A DNA stretch of 64,000 bases from an uncultured Muribaculaceae bacterium (lineage in GTDB: Bacteria; Bacteroidota; Bacteroidia; Bacteroidales; UBA932): NCBI GenBank assembly GCA_964512295.1, contig CAZEGL010000004.1, positions 30,068 to 94,067 on the forward strand. The letters run 5' to 3'. Of this stretch, positions 40,168-50,311 are shown piece by piece. How positions within the stretch are numbered: the first letter of the stretch is position 1; every line of letters starts with the position of its first letter. The notes beneath the pieces are model-generated. The model did no database searches and was not told the DNA's origin. It worked only from the letters and a program-made list of their open reading frames with translations. The position numbers and the translations under genes were made by a program.

Positions 40168-41913
40168 CTACTCTACCCTTTTCCACAATCCAAAATCTTC
40201 GCCATTGCCAAAACCAATCTTTATAGCATTTGAGTTGGCTCCCTCCTCTTCAAAGAAGAAGGTTACAGGAAAGGTGAATCCCTCTCTTCTAAAGCCATAC
40301 CTATTGCCACTTTGATGAAGAAGCGGCGTTACCCACCCGAGCGAACCTGTAGTTATAAAGAGCTCTTCGCCTCTCCTTTCCACCACAACATTGCCAAGAG
40401 CCCCTCTTCCTCTATATACTCCAGGGAGAAGAGTGGCAGAAGGGGGCTCTTTAGTTGTACTACCTTTGGCTCTCTCTGCAGCAGCCGCACGCTTTTTAAC
40501 TGTTGTAGTAAGCCACTGCTCAAAAAAAGTAGAGTTGTAATCCTTTGAACTTTTGCCGGTAAAAATATCTACAACCTTATTTAACATAGCATCTCTTGGC
40601 TCTCTTGGAGAGTTTGAATTTACCAACATAACAAATCCCAACTGCTCATGGGGTATAAAAGCGGCAATGGCAGTAAACCCCCTTACCGAACCGGTATGTG
40701 AGACGATAGTATAGTCGCTATTTTTAACAACATTCCAGCAGAGGCCGTAACTTTTTTGGACTTTACTATTTTTAGAGATGGGGTTATGCCCCGTATGAAG
40801 GTACTCCATCTGCTTTTTAGGCAGCAGCTGCTTAGAGCCTACCCTCCCGCTATTTAGATGGAACTCTATATACTTGGCCATATCTTGGGCAGTTGAAGAG
40901 ATAGAGCCCGCCGGCCCAATTGCAGTTAGCCAATAGCCCGCCCTATCGGCTCCCTGGGGGGTGTAAAAGTGGGCAAATTGCGTTACCGTTTTGTGTGAAG
41001 TGGCGGGCTCCCTATCATATTTTATATGATGATATTGGGCTCTATTCTCAACTGCCTCATACTCATTGGTATTTATATGGCTGTCATTCATCCCCAAAGG
41101 GATAAAAATTCTCTCTCTCACATTCTCCTCCCAACTCTTCCCCGAACACTTCTCAATTATCTTTCCAGCAATAATAAAGGTGATATTGTTATAGCCATAA
41201 GAGTCTCTAAATTTGTTCTTGGGTTTCAGTAGTCCAAAAATATTGTAGATATCGTTGCGATTGTAGCCAAAACTTGCAAGATTGGTCCCAAGCTGAGCCT
41301 TTAAACCGGTGTTGTGCAACATCACATCTTGAACCTCTATATTGTTCTCTACCCATTTGTCGTACATCTCAAAATCGGGTAGAATATCTTTAATCTTATC
41401 GTTCCATTTAAGCTTCCCCTCTGCCACCAACGAGGCCACAACCATTGCTGTAAACGATTTTGAGATAGAGCCTATAGGGAATAGGGTTTGAGCATCTACA
41501 CCCTCCTCTTTGCCCTCTTCTCTCACCCCTACCCCACCTGTATATAGAGTTTTACCATCTTTAATTATGGCAATAGAGGCTCCCGGAAAACCCCACCTCT
41601 CCCTTACCTGCTCTAAATATTGCACCGCCTCATCTACCTGACGGCTCCAATCCTTTACCTGTTTACTTTTTTGAAGAGGGGTAGCTTGCAATTGGCTTGG
41701 CAAAGAGTGTTCTTTAGTAGCAACGCTCTTTGGGGCATTGGCAAAGCGGGGAGTAACGCCCTCCGTGGCATTAGTAAAGCGAGTGGTAACGCCCTCAGTG
41801 GTAGCGATAAAGTGAGTGGCAACGCCCTCCGTGGCATTAGCAAAGTGGTGCGAACCCGCTACCAGGCCCAAGAGAGCCGCAAAGAAAAGAACAGTTTTAA
41901 ATCTCAATCTCAT
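40168..41913 (-). CDS. Exported serine hydrolase (beta-lactamase/AmpC-like family)
   Basis: Signal peptide; SISK, YNN, HTG motifs. Confidence 0.88.
   Translation of the reverse strand: MRLRFKTVLFFAALLGLVAGSHHFANATEGVATHFIATTEGVTTRFTNATEGVTPRFANAPKSVATKEHSLPSQLQATPLQKSKQVKDWSRQVDEAVQYLEQVRERWGFPGASIAIIKDGKTLYTGGVGVREEGKEEGVDAQTLFPIGSISKSFTAMVVASLVAEGKLKWNDKIKDILPDFEMYDKWVENNIEVQDVMLHNTGLKAQLGTNLASFGYNRNDIYNIFGLLKPKNKFRDSYGYNNITFIIAGKIIEKCSGKSWEENVRERIFIPLGMNDSHINTNEYEAVENRAQYHHIKYDREPATSHKTVTQFAHFYTPQGADRAGYWLTAIGPAGSISSTAQDMAKYIEFHLNSGRVGSKQLLPKKQMEYLHTGHNPISKNSKVQKSYGLCWNVVKNSDYTIVSHTGSVRGFTAIAAFIPHEQLGFVMLVNSNSPREPRDAMLNKVVDIFTGKSSKDYNSTFFEQWLTTTVKKRAAAAERAKGSTTKEPPSATLLPGVYRGRGALGNVVVERRGEELFITTGSLGWVTPLLHQSGNRYGFRREGFTFPVTFFFEEEGANSNAIKIGFGNGEDFGLWKRVE
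41716..41847 (-). repeat. Four 33-bp tandem repeats (11 aa) after the signal peptide
   Basis: HFANATEGVAT/HFIATTEGVTT/RFTNATEGVTP/RFANAPKSVAT; units start at 41716, 41749, 41782, 41815 on +. Confidence 0.9.
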
Positions 41914-42068
41914 AGCTGTTACAGTTATAACTATTTAAAACGAATTTCGATAGGTTTAGAAAGTGAAGCAATTTAACAAATTTAAAGAAGAAACTTCATC
42001 TAAAGAAAATCTCTCTTTTTATCTTTTTTGCATAAGATTCACCCCAATTAATAGTTATATTTGTAGCT

Positions 42069-43436
42069 ATGGCAAAGATTAAAAAGGGGTGGTTCTGCTC
42101 CTCCTGCGGAAACGAAAGTTCAAAATGGTTGGGGCAATGTCCCTCCTGCGGAGAGTGGAATACCTTTGTAGAAGAGGTGGTGAGTCGCAGCAGTAGTGGC
42201 AGTGGCGCACGGGTAGAGCATCTTATTGGGGCTACAAACTCAGAAGTTCAGCCTCTTTCGTCGGTCTCCTTTAATATAGAAGAGCGAATCTCCTTAGGGA
42301 TGGAGGAGTTGGATCGTATTCTTGGAGGCGGTTTGGTTCCCGGCTCAATGATTCTAATAGGAGGCGAACCGGGAATTGGGAAATCTACACTATCGCTACA
42401 GATTCCCCTCTACAACCCCTCTCTTAAGACTCTCTATATTTCGGGGGAAGAGAGCCCAAGGCAAATAAAATTGCGTTCGCAACGGTTGGGAGGAAGTGAA
42501 GAGAACTCCTTTATTTTAAGCGAAACTATCTTAGAGAAGATAGTGGAGCGGTGCAAACAAGAGCGGCCGGCACTTATAATTGTCGACTCTATTCAAACCA
42601 TCTACTCTCAAGCATTGGAGAGCTCTCCCGGCACCGTATCACAGGTTAGGGAGAGTGCAGCCCTACTGTTGCGCTATGCAAAAGAGAGCAATACCCCAAT
42701 AATTTTAATAGGGCACATTACCAAAGAGGGTTCTATTGCAGGGCCAAAGGTGTTGGAACATATAGTAGATGTGGTTCTTCAATTTGAAGGAGATGCCCGC
42801 CACTCTTATAGAGTGCTACGAAGCATTAAAAATCGCTTTGGCTCTACAGCCGAATTGGCAATTTTTGAGATGAGCCACAGCGGCCTTCGAGAGATTAAAA
42901 ACCCGTCGGAACTATTTATCCCCATGCATTCGCAAAACCTTTCCGGAGTGGCCATAGCTGCAATGATAGATGGTTCGCGCCCCTTTTTAATTGAAACACA
43001 AGCTTTGGTAAGCAGCGCCGCATACGGCACTCCACAACGCTCTGCCACCGGATTCGATGTAAGGCGGGCAAATATGCTCTTGGCGGTATTGGAGAGAAGG
43101 GCGGGCTTCAAGTTGGCAGCCAAAGATCTCTTTTTAAATATGGCCGGGGGGCTAAAGGTGATAGATCCCGCTTGCGATTTGGCTGTAGTGAGTGCCATAC
43201 TCTCCTCAAATTTCGACACTCCAATTTCTCAGAAATTTGCCTTTGCAGGGGAGGTGGGGCTGAGTGGCGAAGTGCGCCCTGTAGCCCAAATTGAACGCCG
43301 TATCTCTGAAGCAGAAAAACTGGGATTCCAAAAGATCTTTATCTCAAGTTATGGCAAACTCAACTACAAAAAAGGGGCAATTGAAATTGTAAAAGTTGCC
43401 GACATCCCCAAATTGGTGCGAACCCTTTTTCAGTAG
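42069..43436 (+). CDS. radA: DNA repair protein RadA/Sms
   Basis: C4 Zn finger, GGEPGIGKST, KNRFG, GEVGLSGE. Confidence 0.97.
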   Translation: MAKIKKGWFCSSCGNESSKWLGQCPSCGEWNTFVEEVVSRSSSGSGARVEHLIGATNSEVQPLSSVSFNIEERISLGMEELDRILGGGLVPGSMILIGGEPGIGKSTLSLQIPLYNPSLKTLYISGEESPRQIKLRSQRLGGSEENSFILSETILEKIVERCKQERPALIIVDSIQTIYSQALESSPGTVSQVRESAALLLRYAKESNTPIILIGHITKEGSIAGPKVLEHIVDVVLQFEGDARHSYRVLRSIKNRFGSTAELAIFEMSHSGLREIKNPSELFIPMHSQNLSGVAIAAMIDGSRPFLIETQALVSSAAYGTPQRSATGFDVRRANMLLAVLERRAGFKLAAKDLFLNMAGGLKVIDPACDLAVVSAILSSNFDTPISQKFAFAGEVGLSGEVRPVAQIERRISEAEKLGFQKIFISSYGKLNYKKGAIEIVKVADIPKLVRTLFQ

Positions 43437-43523
43437 AGGTGAGGGGGGGGATTACTATTCTGGCCGGCTATTCCAGCAATGTGGGATAAGAGATATTGTT
43501 AAGTTCAGAAAAGTTGTAAAGCA

Positions 43524-44801
43524 ATGACAAGAGAAGAGGCAGAACAAATACTACAGAGAACCTTTAATCATAGCTCATTCTATGACAAACAATGGCAGAC
43601 TATTGATAAAATTCTCAACGGTGAGAAAATATTACTGATTGAAAAAACAGGCTTTGGTAAATCTATCTGTTTTCAGTTTCCCGCTACTGTTATTGTAGCA
43701 CTCCTTTTTGCAGGATGTAAAAAGGATAAACCCGCTCACCAATCGTCAAATTTGGCTATTGGTTTTAAAACCTTAGAGGTTGGCACAAAAGCTCTTCCAA
43801 AGTTAACAGCAAATCTTCAAACCAGCGGATTTACAGTTTATGGCTACTATTCTAACGACGCTTCGCCTACCTATCCTAGTAGCTATAATCAACTCTATAT
43901 GGGTGCTACTAATGTAACCTATAGTGCTTCTACATGGAGTTACTCTCCTGTTAAATATTGGCCTACCGATGGTAAAGATCTTGTCTTCTATGGTACCGAT
44001 GGAGCGATAACTATGAACTCTATCCCAGAACATGGAACAACCCCTGCCACCTACACTGCCCCTCACGCTGCAGATGCTGGAGTTGATCTTCTACTGGCCA
44101 AAACAACAGCGCTCAATACTCCTGGCACTGCAGTTCCTATGGCTTTCCACCACGCTCTTGCACAGGTGGTAGTCTCTGCCAGAATTCCAGAAGAACTTAA
44201 GGCATTGGAGTTTAAAATTACAAAAGTCACTCTTAACGATATAAAGAGTGAGGGAAGCGTTAACCTACTTTCGTGGGAACCTAAGGCAGCTAATGGCAGC
44301 TCTAATGAAGGAAACGGACTTGCTTGGACAAATTCAACTATAATAAACACCTATGAATTGGGTCTAGCGCAAGATACCAATAATGAAACTTTAGTGGATT
44401 ACGATTCTGGTGATTATACCAATATAATAAAAACTGAAGGCCCTCTCTTTATTATTCCTCAAACCACAACAGGTGGAGCTGCGCTAAATGCTGGTGAAGG
44501 CTCAGAGACTGAAGTTGAGGCAGGAAACACTACTGGGACCTATCTTGAGGTTCACTATACAGCAAGAGATAAAGATACTGAGGCAACTATTCATAGTACC
44601 TTAACTGCTATCCCAGTTAGTCAAAAATTTGAGCCTGGTTTAAAGTATCATTTCCAAATAACCCTTACCGGTGTTGGGAAATATGGCCCTACTGACCCTA
44701 CCACCAACCCTGGTGGTATCGATAACCTCCCTAGCCCTATTCAGTTTACCGCTTCGGTTATTGATTGGGTAGGTGTTACTGCTATAGATTTAACTCTGTA
44801 A
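43524..44801 (+). CDS. Chimeric ORF: RecQ helicase N-terminal fragment (aa 1-54) fused to a type V pilin/fimbrillin
   Basis: FYDKQWQTI...EKTGFGKSICFQFPA, then VALLFAGC lipobox, TWSYSPVKYWP, FHHALAQV, IQFTASVIDW. Confidence 0.75.
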   Translation: MTREEAEQILQRTFNHSSFYDKQWQTIDKILNGEKILLIEKTGFGKSICFQFPATVIVALLFAGCKKDKPAHQSSNLAIGFKTLEVGTKALPKLTANLQTSGFTVYGYYSNDASPTYPSSYNQLYMGATNVTYSASTWSYSPVKYWPTDGKDLVFYGTDGAITMNSIPEHGTTPATYTAPHAADAGVDLLLAKTTALNTPGTAVPMAFHHALAQVVVSARIPEELKALEFKITKVTLNDIKSEGSVNLLSWEPKAANGSSNEGNGLAWTNSTIINTYELGLAQDTNNETLVDYDSGDYTNIIKTEGPLFIIPQTTTGGAALNAGEGSETEVEAGNTTGTYLEVHYTARDKDTEATIHSTLTAIPVSQKFEPGLKYHFQITLTGVGKYGPTDPTTNPGGIDNLPSPIQFTASVIDWVGVTAIDLTL

Positions 44802-44823
44802 TAATTTTTAGTAAAACCTCTAG

Positions 44824-45815
44824 ATGAAGAGAGATAAAATAGCCCAACTTATACTACTACTTCTACTCACTTTTGTGGTGGAGGTTGTAGTAAAGTAGAG
44901 CTGCCAGAGGTGAAGGGGCAACCAATTGGATTTGAGATAGAGGGCCAAACTAAAGGCTCTCTAATCTCAAATACCACCCTTGATCGCTTTGGAGTATTTG
45001 CCTTCTCTCATCCAACAGGTGGTTTTGATCCAGCACTATCTAAACCAGATTTCTTCTACAATCTTTCTGTAGAGAAGAGCGGCGCTAAGTGGCTCTATAA
45101 CCCAATTACCTACTGGCCGCCTACCGGTTCAATTAGTTTCTTTGCATATGCACCCCACAGTAGCACTACAGGTGGAGCTATAACACACTCTTCGCAAAGT
45201 GATGTTGGTTTTCCCATTATAACATACACCCTACCCGATGCTATCCCTAATCAGATAGATCTACTTACATCGATACCGGTCTATGAGGCGAGAAATCAAG
45301 CTACACCAGTAGAGTTTGAATTATATCACGCCCTTTCCACAATAAATTTTAGAGCCCATTTTGCTGCCACAATGCCAGCCGGTTGGAATGGCTATATTAC
45401 TGAGATAACCATCGGCCCATTTAAAAATAGTGGCAGCTACAACTATTTAAATTGGACTATTGCCCCATCGGCACAAGATAAAAGCTACAACTTATCAACT
45501 GCAAATGGATATCTGCAGGATATTCAGACACTCTCTACTACACCACAAACTATAACCTCTCCAAACGGAGATCTACTACTTATTCCACAGTCGATTGATG
45601 CTAACGCCAAAATAACAATCAAGTTTACTTTAGACAAAGTTGGTACTCTAGAAAATAAAACTGTTGTCCATACAGTGAGAAACTTTATACCCACTTTAGA
45701 GAAGTCTAAATCCTACACCATAACACTTGGTATAACTACAGAGATGAACTTCTCTCTAAAATGCGATGTGGTAGATTGGACAACCTACAATATAAGTTTA
45801 CCTGCATACGATTAA
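44824..45815 (+). pseudogene. Fimbrillin lipoprotein, frameshifted in the signal peptide
   Basis: ATG 44824 MKRDKIAQLILLLLLTF stops at 44898; lipobox Cys (tgt 44886) is in frame with the 44910 ORF (WLYNPITYWP, SFFAYAP, YHALS, VVDW). Confidence 0.75.
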
Positions 45816-45819
45816 AGAG

Positions 45820-48713
45820 ATGAGAAATAGCGCCCCTTTTATATTTGTAATTGCATTGTTTTTAACGCTCTCCTGTCAAAAGTTAGAGAGGATAGAGGAG
45901 GTAGTGCCAGAGGGGGAAGCTATGTCATTAACACTCTCATTTAAAACAGTAAATAGCACTCTGCAAACTAAAGCTGTGGTTACTCCCCAAGAGGAGGACC
46001 ATATAGAAAACATCTATATTCTTATTTTTAATCCCAATGGCACTATTGCATATCGCAATTTTTTTGATGGATTAAACTCTGTAGGCAGCCATACTCTCAC
46101 GCTCCAAAATGTCTATAGCGGAACAAAACAATCTGTGCACTGGCAAATATTAACAACTCTCTTATGTGTTCTACCAATGAGAAATTAGATCAAATTGAGA
46201 ATTTAGAGCAGTTAAAAGGGGCTAACTGTGAGCTGGAGGCGCATGTCTTTGAGAGAGGCAATCAATTTATGATGACTGGAGAGAGCACACTCAATTTAGA
46301 CCCCAGCTCAACAGGCACAATTACCATACCCTTAGTGAGGTTAGATGCAAAAGTACACTTTAGAGTTGTTGCCGGCACAATAGCTGGAGGGAATAGTTAC
46401 GATGTAACATTTATCCCAGAGAGTTGGCGCTTAGTAAATGCCCCCATCTTTATCAACATCTTCCCTAAAGTGGAACAGAACCTATTTACCAGCTCTGCCA
46501 ATAATTTTTTTACCACAGAGTGGAATGCTTTTGATCAAATTGGGGGAAGTTACCAAGGGGAGTTCTCCTTTTATGCTCTGGAGAATAGGCAATCTCCTCG
46601 TCAAGAGATTCCTAATAATGGTACCCTTGCCGAGCAATATGCTCTAAGGGCTAAACAGGAAAAATTGCCAACGGGAACTCCTGGAAATGTAGAGAATGGA
46701 GAGTTTATCTATGCTCCACAATATGGAACTTTCGTAGAGATAAAGGGAGTTGTCTCATACGATAGTGGAGGGGGTGCAGTGATCTATACCGATGTCACCT
46801 ACCTTGTACACCTTGGGTTTGCCAATAATGATCCTAACGACTTCTCACTGATTCGCAACTCAGAGTATATCTACACAGTAACAATAAACTCAGTTAATAG
46901 TATCTTATTGGAGGTGGAGCAGAGTGGTCAAGAGCCACAACCCTCTGCAGAAGGCACAGTTGTGATGGCCAATAATGTGGTACAATTAGATGCCTACTAT
47001 TCCAATATTGTCTTAAATTTCCCATTGGTAGCTGTAGATAACCATCTAAAGTGGAGTGTTTCAACCCCTTTTAGTTCAATAGATGAAGAGGATTTAGCTT
47101 TAGATTACCAATGGGTTCTCTTTAGAGTCAATAAAACGAGTTCCAACAACTACACCAATAATCTTCGCTCATACCCTGGTGATTCTCAAAAATATAGCAC
47201 TACTCCTACTGTGGTAAGCTACATTAGTGATTTGAATAGCAATAACGACAAACTATTAGATGTAGACCAACTTATAGTACTATTAAAGGAGAGTAAAACA
47301 AGAAAAGCTGCCGGCCAGAGTACTCTCTTCGACAATAGTAACAACATAAAGGTGACAGCCTTTGTAAATGAGTTCTACTACGAGAGAGACCCTATAAATC
47401 CAACCAATCCAAAGCCAACCAGCTATCCAAACGATTTTTGGAAGGAGTTTGTAAATCAACCCGACCGGATACTCAATATTCTCTCCTCTTCTCAAATAAG
47501 CTCCGATGGAAAAAGTATGGAGGCTGTAGCCCTACACTCAATTCGTCAAGCAGCAATTAAGAGCATCTACAACCAATACTCTACAGAGAACTTCTCTGCC
47601 TGGGGGACTCAGCAGGTTCAAGATCATACGAAGTATCAGTACGATAAGAAAAGATCCGTTAGCGTAGTAAAAGGTCAAATTACTTATTTAAATAATGAGA
47701 ATGGAAGAGAGAGCTATCTTAGAATGCATCAATTTTTTAAAAATGGTGACAATTGGTCAAGTTATATTAATGCACCTTTTGGTGCAACTACTACAACTCC
47801 TGCTGTTCAAAGTTATAACTTGACCAATGAATATAACTATGCAAGATGGAAATGTATGCAACTTAATCGCGATAACAATGGCGATGGAAAAGTTGATATT
47901 GGTGAGGTAAGATGGTATTTAGCCTCTATTGACCAGCTTAGAGGTATCTGGATGGGAGAACCAGCCCTTAAACCAGAGAGCAGGCTCCATATACTACCAA
48001 CTTGGAGCGAGTCGGAATCGTGGTATGCCAGTAGTACAATTACAGACAGGAGTAGCACAGTATTAATTGCCGGTTATGACATCCCTACAATATTATGGTC
48101 TGCAGAGGGGGCCTCTGATGGATTAATAACTGGAATTACCGGAGGTGCAGATGGCACAAATGTAAAGTACCGCTGTGTAAGAAATTTAGGAATGAATGAT
48201 GCCTCCTATACTGGAAGTGGGCGCGATATTAAAGTTGCTGCCCCCCAACCCTATGCCACCATCACAGGTTCCACTATAGATCTATCTAAGATGCATCCAC
48301 AAGCCATTCGGCAAAATCCTCAACCATACGAGTTGTCCACACACCATGAGCGCTCTGCAACTAATAAACCTTGGGTAAAATTTGAAATAGCAAGTAGTAC
48401 TACACTACACAACAATACCACTAAATCTTGGATAGAGATCAACACTCTATTAGATAACGGCACTCAAATCTGCCCCTTGGGGTGGAGAGCCCCAACTCAA
48501 CGGGAACTAACCGTTATGAGACATCTTCAACCAGGTAGCGGTTGGACAGCAGCAAACTCCTTTTCTAGAAGTTCTTTCTCTTTTAATCCTCTTGGTGGCC
48601 AAAGATTTGGCTTCTCTGTTGAAGGCAAAAGCAATAAGGCAGAAAAGCTCTATTTAATAAATGGCACAGGCCAGAAGGGTGGCGTTCGTTGTATAAGAGA
48701 GATCTACGACTAA
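45820..48713 (+). pseudogene. Type V pilus tip/adhesin lipoprotein split by a frameshift at ~46125
   Basis: 45820..46188 has lipobox LSC; the other frame continues KTICALAN into 46164..48713 (FSFYALEN, IRNSEYIYTVTI, CPLGWRAPTQRE, VRCIR); one extra A in the A4 run at 46125-46128 restores the frame. Confidence 0.75.
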
Positions 48714-48737
48714 CTCAATTACCAATAGCTACTCCAA

Positions 48738-50048
48738 TTAAATATAGTTTTCATAGGCGGCCATATCTAATGCTCCATGGCCAGAAAGATTAAAGAGCAG
48801 CACCTCTCCCTTGCCACTCTCTTTAGCCTTAAGAGCTTCACGGATAGTAGCAGCAATAGCGTGGGTAGATTCGGGTGCAGGGATAATCCCTTCGGTATTG
48901 GCAAAGAGGAGACCCGCTTTAAATGTTTCATCCTGATCAATTGCGTATGATTCAATAAAGCCATCTTCTTTTAGTTGGCTCACAATCTGCCCCCCGCCAT
49001 GGTATCGTAATCCCGCAGCGTGAATCTGTTCCGGCTGAAAATCGTGTCCCAACGAATACATAGGAATTAGAGGGGTAAGGCCGGCACTGTCGCCATAGTC
49101 GTACTGCAGTTTCCCCTGTGTGAGTTTTGGGCATGCGGTCGGTTCAGCTGCTATTAGAGTAACACCCTTTCCCGCAGCTATTCTGTGGCGTAGAAAAGGA
49201 AAACTTATACCGGCAAAATTAGAACCACCGCCAAAGCAGGCTATCACCTTGTTGGGATACTCCCCCGCCATCGCCATCTGCTCTTCGGCCTCAAGTCCAA
49301 TAATAGTTTGGTGTAGAAGTACATGATTTAGCACACTGCCAAGAGTGTATCGGCTATTTTGGCCTGTTACAGCTCTCTCTACAGCCTCGGAAATTGCCAT
49401 ACCTAATGAGCCGCTATGTTGGGGATTCTCTTCCAATACTTTCCTACCATACGCAGTAATAGTACTGGGCGAAGCGTACACTTTCCCCCCATAGCTGCCA
49501 ATTACAAACTTGCGGTAGGGCTTCTGTTCGTAGCTTCTTTTAACCATAAACACCTCCAACTCCAATCCAAAATAACTGCACGCTATACTCATTGCACTTC
49601 CCCACTGCCCTGCACCGGTTTCGGTGGTTATCCGCTCAATGCCCTCCTTTGAGTTGTAGTAGGCTTGGGCCAAAGCTGTATTGAGTTTGTGGGAGCCAAC
49701 AGGGCTTACACTTTCATCCTTAAAGAAAATCTTTGAAGGGGTATCCAATGCCCTCTCCAAACTGTAGGCCCTAACCAATGGAGTTGGGCGGTAGATCTTA
49801 TATAGTTCCCGCACCGGTTCGGGTATATCTATCCATCTTTGGGTAGAGAACTCCTGTGCCACCAACTCTTTGGCAAAGAGCCCCTCCATCTCTTGCGGTT
49901 TAAGAATCTCTTTTGTTTGTGGATTTAGTAGTGGCTTGGGTTTGGTTGGTATATCGGCCATAATATTATACCATTGGGTGGGAATCTGCGATTCGGGTAA
50001 AATAAATTTCTTCTGTTTCTCGCTTTTTTTTAGATTAATATTTTTCAT
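48738..50048 (-). CDS. trpB2: TrpB2-type tryptophan synthase beta (stand-alone)
   Basis: WYNI.AD, YRPTPLVRA, GSHKLNTA, TETGAGQWG, HAAGLRYHG, NLSGHG. Confidence 0.93.
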   Translation of the reverse strand: MKNINLKKSEKQKKFILPESQIPTQWYNIMADIPTKPKPLLNPQTKEILKPQEMEGLFAKELVAQEFSTQRWIDIPEPVRELYKIYRPTPLVRAYSLERALDTPSKIFFKDESVSPVGSHKLNTALAQAYYNSKEGIERITTETGAGQWGSAMSIACSYFGLELEVFMVKRSYEQKPYRKFVIGSYGGKVYASPSTITAYGRKVLEENPQHSGSLGMAISEAVERAVTGQNSRYTLGSVLNHVLLHQTIIGLEAEEQMAMAGEYPNKVIACFGGGSNFAGISFPFLRHRIAAGKGVTLIAAEPTACPKLTQGKLQYDYGDSAGLTPLIPMYSLGHDFQPEQIHAAGLRYHGGGQIVSQLKEDGFIESYAIDQDETFKAGLLFANTEGIIPAPESTHAIAATIREALKAKESGKGEVLLFNLSGHGALDMAAYENYI

Positions 50049-50093
50049 TTCTATATCTATAAAGTATCAATTTTCTAAATTATTTTTTGCAAT

Positions 50094-50125
50094 AAAAAAA
50101 CCCGAAGCGTTGTGAGCCTCGGGTT
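50094..50125 (-). terminator. Attenuator terminator upstream of trpB2
   Basis: Minus strand cccgaggc-tcacaac-gcttcggg followed by T7. Confidence 0.88.
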
Positions 50126-50160
50126 ATATCTTTGGTATCTCTATACCTTTCAACTATCCT

Positions 50161-50238
50161 CTAATACCATAAATGTGGTGTGCTCACAAATTGTTCAAAT
50201 CTGTGCCACCACCACTGTATGTTAAGAGTTATATGCAT
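50161..50238 (-). CDS. Trp leader peptide MHITLNIQWWWHRFEQFVSTPHLWY
   Basis: Three tandem TGG codons; TACTTTTG -7 element at 50254-50247; terminator downstream. Confidence 0.88.
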   Translation of the reverse strand: MHITLNIQWWWHRFEQFVSTPHLWY

Positions 50239-50311
50239 CTACACAGCAAAAGTAAAAAAATATTTCTACTTTGCAACTGTTACTATCTCCATTTTTCATT
50301 TTTACCCTTTT

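Noticed and set aside
41716-41847. 33-bp repeats as CRISPR
   Set aside because: Head-to-tail with no spacers and in frame within a CDS.
43437-43523. G7 run and small hairpin after radA as an att or phase-variation site
   Set aside because: No matching direct repeat at the other end of the pilus locus and no integrase seen.
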